Part shown: positions 53,381 to 64,000 of the stretch, piece after piece
How the letters are laid out: every line of letters starts with the position of its first letter
Numbering within the stretch: position 1 is the stretch's first letter
From: Camelus dromedarius
Lineage: Eukaryota
Assembly (NCBI RefSeq): GCF_036321535.1
Contig: NC_087437.1
Span: forward strand, 31,560,001 to 31,624,000
Reading direction: 5' to 3'
DNA length: 64,000 nucleotides
The notes under the pieces: model-generated
The model's input: only the letters and a program-made list of their open reading frames with translations
What the model was told of the DNA's origin: nothing
Database searches by the model: none
Program-made: the position numbers and the translations under genes

Positions 53381-54449
53381 TATTGGTAGTAATAACTAAC
53401 AAACATATATTTAGAATGCTATTTGGAATACATTTTTTAAAATTTATACTACTACTTGTAATTTGCTTTTTTCACAGAACAATCCATTGGGACATTCATC
53501 ACCAAAGAACTACATCATCATTTTTAACAGCTGTACCATCTTCTTGTTTGATAAATCAGTTTATTTCATGTTGGTGTTTCTGATTTTTAAACGTTATAAA
53601 CAAGACTGTGATGAACACTAAATATATGTGCTAATAAGAAACAACTTTCCCAGAAGCTTCCAGCAAACTGTTTGGTCATAATTGGGTCATAGGCCCACTC
53701 CCAATTTAAATCCCTAGTAAGGGGAAGTGGCTGGCAGAACTGACCTCATCTGAGCTAATTTCTGGAGTTGGGCTGATGCACGTGTGTTTAGGGGTGGAGG
53801 TGGAGAGAATGGTGATGGGGTCAGGATTTCTGAACAAAAGATAGAAGGGGAATCAGGTGTCCACTACAATTGTTCTCAACATTTCAAGGTGTTTAAAACA
53901 TAATAAATATTAACTTTTCACACTAAAAGCAGTGTTTAAGACTGCTAGTTGCTCTACACCCTTGGAAATCAGGGCTACTATAATTACATCTATGTGATCT
54001 GATAATAATGTTTGATTTTTTTTTTATCAGTAGTTCATAAGGAAATATCTTTAAGATGATTCACAACTCCTTATTTGATGGCATTAAAGTATTCTATTAA
54101 TAGAGATATAATAAAATGACAGGAAAATTGCTCTGATTTGGTTCATATAAATTCTGCAGCTATCTAAAATTATAGGTACAGAAACATGAGATTTATCTCT
54201 AAAAAGGTAGAATGAAATCACTTCTGTCAATCACTTATCAAAATAAATGTGAATTAGACTTTTAGATGCTTCATTAGAATCTCATGGAAATCTCAGAAAT
54301 AAGCAATAATTTCATTTAAAAAGCAAGTTCTTTAAAAAGTTTTTTTTTAATGCATGAAACAGTTATCAATTTTCAGTCTTTGGATTTACTAACATGTTAT
54401 AGACTAGATATTGGATGATAAGTTTTAAAGAATATATTTTAAATAAAAA

Positions 54450-54715
54450 AGTTCTGGGGATGTAATGTTCAGCATGGTAACTATAGTTCATAATACCATA
54501 CTGTATATTTGAAAGTTACAGAGTAGATCTAAGAGCTAAAAGAGTAGATCTTAAAAGCCCTCAACACAAGAAAAAAATTTGTATCTACATGTGGTGATGG
54601 ATGTTAACTATACTTACTGTGGTGATTATTTTACAATATAAACAAATATTGAATCATTCTATTGGATATCTGGAACTAATGTTACATGTCAGTTATATCT
54701 CAATTTAAAAAATAA
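54450..54715 (+). mobile_element. LINE-1 3' end (L1MA-like)
   Basis: gatgtaatgttcagcatggtaactatagt...gagtagatcttaaaag...tgtggtgatggatgttaacta...tgtcagttatatctcaat. Confidence 0.85.
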
Positions 54716-56714
54716 ATATATTCATGTAACAAATATTGAATTACATTTGGTGCATAGTACATTTTTGGGTAAAGCTCTTTATCAATAGTGAAGACGCCAC
54801 AAGAGAATACACTTATGATCATCAAAGGTTTCACTGTAGTGCTTGAATTACTTTTAATACTTGAGAGCAGATGTTAATTGCTTTAAGACCTGACTTGTCC
54901 CATTGGAAGTTATGTTCAGTAATTATATTCGCTGGGCTAAAGAGTTCAGAACACAATTTATTCCTGCACAGATGACAAAACATTTGAACTCCTAGAGAGA
55001 AATGCTATTTAAACATTGTGACCTTCATTTTATTAGGTACTCAAGTTTACACTGCACATGTGATGGATTAAAAAATATACAGAGTATAAATCCACAAAGA
55101 GTATTTTGTCCTCAAGCCACCTCTTGACCAGAGTTATTTGGGGTTCAAAACAGACAAAATAGTTTTACAAAGGAGTCTAACTATTGATTAGCAGTTTAAA
55201 AAAAATTAGGAAAGAAAATCTAATCCATACCTTGGTAGGAATAAAATGTGTTGCAAGCAGTCACTAGTAGCTGACCCTTTAAAAAAAACAACTGGAAGCT
55301 GTATGGGAAAAGTTATGAAAACAGTAAGTATAAAACAAAGTTATGGTCCCAGAATTAAATACCTTTTGGGTATTTACATATGTTACTAATCCAGAGAGGA
55401 CTGATGCCCCGTGGGTACTGGCTGGCTGGCAGAATCAACAAACACACTACCGAGGCCCAGGTGATTCTGCTAACACTCACATTCCATCCAAGTATATTTC
55501 AGTGCTCATGTGCAGGGCTATGCCCTTGGCCACTTCCATCATCTGGGTGAGAGTAAACAATAAGTAGGATCTGATTGAGTTCCATTTAGAAAGATTCTCA
55601 ATAAATAAGACATTGTGTATCAGATGCCTGACAAATAAAAAGAGCCCAATAAATGTTAGCTTTTTAAAAATTCTGCACTTGCATTGGATGGAGCCCAGAA
55701 ATAGCACTGAAACCACTGTTGCTTCTAATTTGGGAGACCTGTCTGCAAACATTTTATTCAAGCTTTTGAGGAGATAGTGTTGTACTGTGTTCTGATTCAC
55801 AGGATAAAAATAAAGTTGGGCTAACCCTAATTTTGCCATGCTTTCTTTTGAGCTCACTTTAAAATTAGCAATCTTGGGTAGACTTCCTGATATTTGTATC
55901 AGATTTGCAGACAAAGTACCTATTCTTCCACATGCTTTTCATGTGGGGAGGGGAGTGGCGGGGTGAGGAAAGGAGGGGCATAGTACTACTTACCAGAATG
56001 AAGGGGATGAATGACAGTGACCTGCTGGATAAATATCTTAGGTAAATTCAAATTCATACAGAAACAGAAGCACAAACACCGTGTTCTCATAAACGTTAAT
56101 ACTACAACACAAATGTCAGCAGGCCACGTGGAAAGACCTAGTTTAGTCACTTTACAGAGACTCTACTCTCAGAACTAGGGAGTATTTTTTTTCCTTTCAG
56201 TACTTTTTTTTTCTTTCATTGACCCACAGGGGAAAAAAAAACAACAAAGGGTCACAGAAGAGGTTAAAAGGAACTTAATTTGGCTATCAGTGATTATTTT
56301 TAAAAGTCACAGTAAAAAGTGAAACTTGGCTGATTTAAAATTTAAGAAGTGGATAAAACAAAACTTTATTCAATAAGTCCAATGATGTGAATATTTTAAA
56401 CTCCACTTCAGTTCCAGTATGGCCAATAATGAAGTGAGGAAAAGAAGTGGAAAAACAAAAAGAACAAGGAAAGAGACCTGGACAGAGATAAATGGAGAGA
56501 CTGGGACCAACTGAGAGCCAAGAAAAAACACACACCAACACTGGGGAGAGGCTTATCACTTTTTTTTTTTTAACTTAAAAAAAACCTATTTTGTAACACC
56601 CTGTCACAATTCATCTGTCCTCTGGTCTTCAGGAATAAGTTTCCACTGCTACCTTTTAACAAGGGCTGTTCTTCATAATTTATCAACTCTCTTCACCCTT
56701 GAATTTTTACCAGG

Positions 56715-56912
56715 CCTACCAAAGTTCAATAGAACTTTAATGATGAAAATGTTCGGTATATGTGCTGTCTTATGCGGTAGCAACATGTGACTACTGAACA
56801 CTTGAAATGTGGGCAGTGCAATAAAGAAATGGAATTAAAATTTTTATTTCATTTTAACCAAATTAAGTAGTCAAATGTGGCTCTCTTACTGGACAGTAAG
56901 AGACACTGGACA
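56715..56912. mobile_element. MER3-like hAT-Charlie element
   Basis: caatagaacttt...gatgaaaatgttc...tgtgctgtc...acatgtgactactgaacacttgaaatgtgg. Confidence 0.8.
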
Positions 56913-58149
56913 GTGTAAAGGTCTAAGGGACATTTACAGTGTAAGGGAAATTGTTCTCAAGGCCAATGCAGAGCTGAATAAGTACACATGAAGTCAGATC
57001 ACACGGTGATTTATAATACAGCCTTGCAGCTGGACCTTCTCCCTTCCTTAAAGTTTCCTTTCCTTATCATACGCACAGAGTACTCAATAAATATTATTAT
57101 TGCTAATAATCATACTATAGCCAAACTAGCCTCAGAAGAGTGATCTTGCTTCAGGTGTACGATTCCTTTTCCAGATAAAGCACTTGATGGATGTAGATGA
57201 ACTGTTTTTTTTTTTTTTGTGCTCTATACCTAACCCCTCACTGTTACAAAATAAGAACAGTCTTACTTTCACTGTCCCTCAAAGAAACAGCCTGAGGATG
57301 AACAGCTGACAGTTCTTTGCGCTTCTCATAAACATGCAGTGCTTGACCATTTCATCTGCTATCCTCTGCTCCCTTTAATCCTCTCTTCAATCCTCTAATT
57401 ATTCTTTATCTTTCCCAGATGAAGAAAGCTGTCCTCTTTTATAGAGTGGAAACAGAAAATCACTGGTAGGCGTTGGGGCAAAAATATCGGTCAGGTTACA
57501 TCTATCTCTAAGACTTTCAGTGCTTTGAGGAGCAAGGATTTATAACTGTTCAGTACTCCACGCTGTCATTTTCATTAATAAATAGCTATCAATCAGCAAT
57601 TTGACTACTGTCCCAGCACTGCTCTCTGCATCATTTGATCACTTCTCTAAATCACAGGTTTTAATTTTCTTTGTCTTTACTTAACCTTACTTCATTCAAT
57701 TGTAGTAAGTCTCTTTCCTTGCTAGCAAGCCGCGAATGTTTTATTTCTTGGAAGAGCTGATTTTGGACCTTATAAAAGCCTCAAAAAGGAAAGATCTGTA
57801 CTATGAATGCGTTGCCTGCATTGATTAGTCACTGAGCATCACCCCGGCCTGGTTATGCAGTGCTTGTTGGGTAGTAGGTCATCAATAAACTTTGTTTTGA
57901 ACTAAGTAAGGAAAAGTAAGTCACGTCTAAAGGTGGGCAGCCTTCTATAATTGTGGACTACAGTCTCAAGATACCTTCTGAACTCAGCTCTTCATCTTGA
58001 CTACTTTTGGACTAGGATGAAAATTTTACTATTTCCTTCCCAATCAACTTGCCCTTCCTGCAACGACTGCGACCAGAGCTTCCCTTTACACCCGTGAACT
58101 CTATAGGCATCGCTCTTCTTTCCCTTAAGAACAAAAACTGTCCACTGCT

Positions 58150-58850
58150 GCGTCCGCTACAAGGGCCCTGGACCCAGTGGTGAGAGGTAGAACTTCGGCC
58201 TTCACCCGACCCAGTCTCTCCAACTCGCCGCAGGACTGTGGCTGTCTCCCTCCAACCACCATAACTCTAGCCCGCTCTCCCCCACCTTGCCCTTCGCGCC
58301 CTTAGCGCCCCTCGACTCCCTCTCACAGCATGCTGCGCAAGACGAGCCCCTTCGCGGACCACCAGCTTTCCCGCTTCCGCCCGGCGCCTGTGACCGGGGC
58401 GGCGCAGAAGAGCCCCGCTTCCGCGTCGGCGACGGCGTGGGCCGTGACGTCATCGCGCCCTGACGTCAGGTCGACGAGCAGCACGGTCTCCTGGGAGACC
58501 GGGAAAGCCGTTTCGCACCCTGCGGAATCGAAGTCTAGGTGAGAGGCAATGAATGGCTTCCTTGAGCCCCGGGATGACCGGGTTCCCCTGGGCGCAGTTC
58601 CGGAGCGGAGGCGTGCTGGCACCCGGGGAGAAGGCCAGAAAGCCGCGCTGTGGCGCCTCGCTCAGAGGGTGGGCCCCGTGCCTCGCCTCTGGCCCCCGCT
58701 GCGGCCCGTGTCCGGACGCTCTTTTCTTCCCCGGAGTGCGCGGCTCGGTTTCACTCCCGCACTCTCCTCCTCCTCTTCTTCCCATGGCAGGTCCTGAGGG
58801 AACGAGGTTAGATAGGGACAGGTTTCAAAACTCTTGCAGCCGTTTTGGCT
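58150..58850 (+). promoter_or_regulatory. LEKR1: CpG island promoter of LEKR1 with non-coding exon 1 ending at 58538
   Basis: GC/CpG-rich block; TGACGTCA at 58445-58452 and 58461-58468; ETS-type CTTCCG at about 58374 and 58418; donor CTAG|GTGAGA at 58538/58539; 3 kb upstream of the coding exon. The TSS cannot be fixed from sequence. Confidence 0.8.
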
Positions 58851-59159
58851 GGATGTGCACTTGGTTTCTACTTGGAAAATCCCACCTCGCCCTTCAGAAA
58901 GGTCTTAGGACGTGAACACTCTCTTCACGTGACCTTGCCCTCCTCATCTGGGGTGATTCACACCAAAGGAATAGCGCTTTAGGGAACGACCTGAAAGCGG
59001 AACGTGAGATAATGGCCCAGCTTGACACTTGGGTCAGGAAGGGAATCAGAAGTGAACAATCAAGGAAGTTTCTGTATTTTTGATATCTTCCTTGTGATCC
59101 TGTTAGAGAGCAGGTTCACAAATACCTGCGTGGTTGCTGCAGGTTATAACCACACCCCT

Positions 59160-59842
59160 TGTCAAAGGAAAGTGCGTAATGTGAAAGAATAAAGGGGACT
59201 CATTGGATTAAAAAAAAACCCGCAAAATAACGTAAGGGTAAATTAAAAATTAAAAAAATTTTCCTCTTGCTAAAGGGAAAGATACCCTCTTCCCTCCCTT
59301 TCTTGGGAAGCCTCCTATTTGTGAATGCTTCCTCTGCCCCTTTAATATGTATGCAAAACTTTTAAAGACCCAGAATGTTTCTCTGGAGGACCTGGGAGCA
59401 GTTTCTTTAACATGTAAACATCAAAGAAGATAGGGTCCCTCTCTCCATATCACCTTGAGAGTTTAGCCTAAGCGCCTTACTTTTAGTCACCCAACTGCTT
59501 TGTCACAGAGATTTGTATTCCTTAGAGCAAATGCAGTTAGCTAGCGCAGGTGGCTGCTTCAGTTACCAAATGAATTTAAAACGAAGTGTGAAAGAGAGTA
59601 TAGCAAGCTATGTTGAGGACAAGTTACCATTTATCTTGAGGACATGTATGTAATGGATTGTATCTCTTGGCTGTATAAAGAGTGAGATTTCCTTCTGTCT
59701 TTGTAATCTCATTAACATATTAGCAGTGTTGTGCATCACAGTCCAGTTAAATGCTTATTCAGTAATAAAATTGTTTTCTTTCTGCATCCTGGAGAGATTT
59801 CCTTGATTGGCAGGATATTTTATTTTTAATTTTTCCTCAATA
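59160..59842 (+). mobile_element. Solo ERV1-class LTR in LEKR1 intron 1, sense orientation
   Basis: Starts TG; atgtatgtaatgg...TATAAAG (about 59673)...tgcttattcagtAATAAA (59764-59769) followed by a T-rich U5-like segment. Confidence 0.7.
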
Positions 59843-60236
59843 GTCAGATCTATCAATTCTTTCCATTCAGTATAGTAACTAGGCCACAAAGTTGGAATAG
59901 ATTTACAATGACGGTACTAAATGAAAACGGTTTGCCTTGTTTATACTGTCACTAGATCCATGCTCTCAAATTTATACATGGAATTTTAAAAGGAGATTTA
60001 GTTGGTAATTTTAGGGAAGATTCTGCTCCCAATAGAGTTTAAGATAATGTCATCTTATTTTACTGATGGTGAACCCATTGTACAATGGCAGAAATGAGAA
60101 TAGTGAGCTTTCTGTGAATAATGAGCTCCTGCCACATCACTGTGACAGTCTGCCAAACATCAGATTATTATGTACTTGGCCACCAGGGTCTATGTTAGCT
60201 ATGTCAGTTAACTTTACCCCCATAGTTAACTCCATT

Positions 60237-60238
<2 letters not shown>

Positions 60239-60284
<46 letters not shown>
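60239..60284 (+). repeat. (CA)n microsatellite (shorter arrays at about 13656-13671 and 52664-52682)
   Basis: Perfect ac array of about 22 units. Confidence 0.97.
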
Positions 60285-60286
<2 letters not shown>

Positions 60287-61589
60287 CATTTACATGGGAA
60301 GACAGTTCATTAGTTATTTGTTTTAAACAGCAGCTCATTAAAACAAGAGGCTTTGTGCTCACACAGAGGATGGAGAATCCTCTCTTCTACCACTACTTGC
60401 ACAATTGAAGAAAAATGCTGCCTCCTCAAGGATTTTTGTCAACTACAATTTCCCTGGCACCTTGCCGTGGTTCGGGTTGCTGTCTCTGATCGAGTACCTT
60501 TCCAGTCTCTGTCAAAATTCTGTCCTGATCAAAAGCAAAAAACCTCAGGAAGCCTTCACTAATCCTCCACTTCCATCAGAAAGATAAGACTTTTTTATTT
60601 TTATTTTTTAATTGAGTTATAATTAGTTTACAATGTTGTGTCTATTTCTGGTGTACAGGATAAGACATTTTTATCCCGAACTTCTAGATTGTTCCTTGTC
60701 CACAACTCCTGGCCCTCACGCCTTTTTTCCTGCTATAGAATTTTGCCTATATCACCTTACTCTCTCTCCCCCTCACTGCTCACTCCTTAGATAAATATAA
60801 ACATCTCTCTCTCATGAAACTGGACTATCTATTCTTTCTCCATATTTGGGAAAGATAAAAAAAAAAAGAGCCTAAAGTGCTCCTTCATTCATCTTGTGTG
60901 GTTTTGTGAAAGCAGTGATAGAATTTTATTTTGAATTGTTTTATTAGAAAATGAAAATCTATTAAAAGTAAAATATCTGCATAAAATTATATAAATGCTC
61001 ATCTTAGGTAAAATTGGCACTTGGCTTCTCATGCTTTGATGACTCTTCTGTTCAGTGCCTGCATGTCATATTTAATCTAAATAAACTTTAAACTCTAAAA
61101 ACTTAAAACTAGCATTCATGTCACGATTGCCTTTCTTAGCTGCTGAACTAAATAGTCGATTTAGATATTTTTTCTAGCAGTTTTCCAGGAAAAGAACTTA
61201 AAAAAAATAAATGGGTGTATTTAAAATTTTGTGATCCTTATTCTGTATTTTAAAAACAAATAACTAGTAGTAAACCACCACAGAAATTACAATTAGACTA
61301 TAAAGTTCCAAAGAAATGATTATTTCTAATTCAGTAGTCTCTATATGTCTCTAGGTCTTTTCTGTTTTATTAGCCTAATAACTTAAGGAGACTACTCCAG
61401 TTTTACCTTTTAACATTGACCTGATGAAACAAACATCTGTTGACACAGTTATCGCCATTGATCCCCAAATACTGCCAAGAATTCTCTTCTAATTTGAATT
61501 TTTTTTCATATTGTTTCAGTTCTGACTATTGCCATCAATGTCTTTTGATTATTTTACCTCAGAGCTCCCTCAGTGTATTTTGGGAAGTT

Positions 61590-61637
61590 ATGGATCGTCA
61601 TGTCCCCATGCATGCATTACCTGAAGAAATCCAAAAG
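61590..61637 (+). CDS. LEKR1: First coding exon of leucine-, glutamate- and lysine-rich protein 1; rest of gene lies beyond the window
   Basis: ATG in good Kozak context (gttATGg) gives MDRHVPMHALPEEIQK, closely matching the human LEKR1 N-terminus as I recall it (MDHHIPMHALPEEIQK). Ends at phase-0 donor AAG|GTACG; acceptors at ttgtttcag|61520 and ttttacctcag|61563. Confidence 0.88.
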
Positions 61638-64000
61638 GTACGATGCTATGTTATTACAGCATTAGGAACATTTTAACAAAAAATTCTAAAACCTGGCAGA
61701 ATGAATTCAAAGGTTTTGTATTTGTTTTAGCCAGGGGATCTGCAATGAATTGGTGGAGTAGGGAAAGGGAGTAACTGTGATGGTCAAAACTGTAGAATTC
61801 AGTTCAGTGCAAAGAATGTTTGTCCTGTGAAAGAAGACAGATACATAATTCTAGCATGATATTTGAACAGTTGTTTCGGGAGCCCTTGTGAAAAGAGCAA
61901 TGACCAGATACTTTATTTAGATATTTTTATAGCAGCTTTTCAGAAAAAAAAAATAAAGCTGACATAAATGGGTCTGTTTAAAATTTTAAGTGATCCTTTT
62001 TCTCTAACTGTGAAACAAATAATTAGTAGTAGATCACTGCAGAAATTATAGTTTGTAACTTATTATGATGCAGGAATTTTTTGTTTGCTTGTTTGATTGT
62101 TTTTATGATGCAGGAATTTTAAGTGTCTCTCTGCAAGGGTATATTTCAACTGCACCTTAATTCTTATCACTTGTCACACACCAGGCACTGTGTTAAGCCC
62201 TTTCATAGATAGCAGCTCATTTAATCTGGTTAACGATCTTTTTCACAGTTGATATGCTACTCTCTCTGTTAGTTCATATCTGTCTTCAGGCAAAAGCATT
62301 TCCCCCATATTTAGTTTGGAGATGCATACATTGTTAACAGCATAATTTAAAAACATCCTTTTGAAACTGATTGACAAATTATGAATTAAAACCTCAAACG
62401 TTAGCGTTCATTAATCAGTCAGGTTTTTTAGTAAATCTACAGTCAACTCTTAATTAACCACCAATCCGTAGTTTTTAATTAAAAATTGCAGTCAGCTCTC
62501 AGATACACTTTTACCCTTTGTGCACGTTGCTTTGGGCTGCCTGATAGCATTAATCATGCCATTGATTTAACTTGATGCTTACTGCTACAGCATGTCCTTC
62601 AGATTTATGTGAACTGCAATCTGGCAGGAACTGGAAGAGGGGTACATTACTAGAAAAGACCTTTTAAACCATTGCATTTCACCTTTTAAGTTAGGTGTAA
62701 GAGAAAGTAAGCACAGAGAGAGCACAGCTGTGTTACGTTTACCTGAGAAATGGTGCTTAGATGTGTTTGAAGACATGGAGTGTCCTGTCTCTTTCCCTCA
62801 CCTGAGTTCCTTTCATATACTATCCTGTTGTGGTAGAGATTAAAATAAACAAAACAAAACAGTCTGCAAGAAACAATGCCCATACTCAGATCCCTGTCAT
62901 CTGTCACAAAGAAGATATATAATAAAATGAAAAAAAAAAAAACCTCTAAAAGACAGTGTATGAGTTACATGTCATAAGATAGTATCTTCTCTGAGAATGG
63001 AGAAGGTGGGGAGAGGAATCCTTGAATGTTAGGATGGTCAAGGAGGATCTTTATGCAGGAGATAGAACTGGAATTGGCTCTTGGAGGCCAAAGATTTCTA
63101 CAGACAGGTAGGAATAGGGCATCCTGGTCCAAAGGAACAAAATCTTACTGGTGAGAAAAAGCTGGCCAAGTTAGAGAATGTTTAACAATGCAAATGTTTT
63201 AAATACATGAAAGAGTATGTATTATTTTAACAAAGTTTTAATGAGAGTTGAATGTTTTTTATTCTTTTTAAGGTACTTTATAAGTAAATTATTTAAAAAT
63301 GTTAAAACCAAGCATTTCATACAGTTATATTCTCAAAGCTGGGATGGCAGGCAGCTGTCCATACAGTGCAGAAAGGTGGGGAGGCCAGGAGTAGCTCAGT
63401 TGCCTAAGGCCCTGGACAAGTAGCCCTTAGCCTGCTGAATGTTTAGAATGTAAAGTGCAGCTTTGCAGTTTTTCAGACCTAAGTTAAATACGTTTATAGA
63501 ACAAATATTTATCAAGTGTCTATAATGCATAAGGTACTGTTTTGGGTACTTGATTATAAAGCAGCATGTACGTGCATCCCACAACCTGTTAAAGCTTGGT
63601 GTAAGGATGTCAGTTATTTGTTTTCCATAACTTCTTACCTATATTTGATTCCTCTTTACTGTCCATAATGTAACTTGTTAAATTGCCTAGTGACCAGGCA
63701 TCTATCTATTTAGTCAGCTTACATACATCATTCTATACAGAATCATTTTAAATAGATATATAACTTATAATAGCAATAAGAATACTTCAGTTTAGAACCA
63801 TTTCACTATTAAGATAAAGAAAAAATCTTTGTTTTTCATAATGGCTTGGAAATTGTGCAACATTTCTTTATTGGATAAAAAAGGACATGAGGTGGGTGGA
63901 TCAGTACAGAGTGACAGGTCTTTCAAAGACTTTTTTTTCCCATGTTCTTCTGTTAGCTTTTTGTGTTAGTTTTTACGCTGGCTCTTCTTTCTAAAGAAGC

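Noticed and set aside
58202..58915. ORFs across the LEKR1 promoter island
   Set aside because: Same GC artefact; the recognisable LEKR1 start is at 61590.
60331..60590. Possible extra LEKR1 5'UTR exon after ttttaaacag|cag
   Set aside because: No convincing GT donor and no recognisable coding frame.

Overview
Mammalian genomic DNA, very likely camelid, judged from four copies of a tRNA-derived SINE resembling Camelidae Vic-1, three of them with target-site duplications. The window is mostly intergenic/intronic and rich in old repeats (L1, L2, MIR, LTRs, hAT/Tigger elements). At the right end is the 5' start of LEKR1 (+ strand): a CpG-island promoter with twin CRE palindromes, a non-coding exon ending at 58538, and a first coding exon 61590-61637 (MDRHVPMHALPEEIQK). 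A second CpG island (about 50.6-52.0 kb) sits where, from my recollection of human synteny (TIPARP - LINC00886 - LEKR1), the promoter of the divergent minus-strand lncRNA LINC00886 lies. The main observation is downstream of that island on the minus strand (48689 to 36158): about ten splice-site-bounded unique segments that join in compatible codon phase into roughly 995 codons, with about 30 in-frame stops and a hydrophobic segment near the C-terminus. This is a candidate unitary pseudogene of a lost protein-coding gene that I cannot name. Repeat family names and boundaries are by-eye and approximate; no database search was possible.
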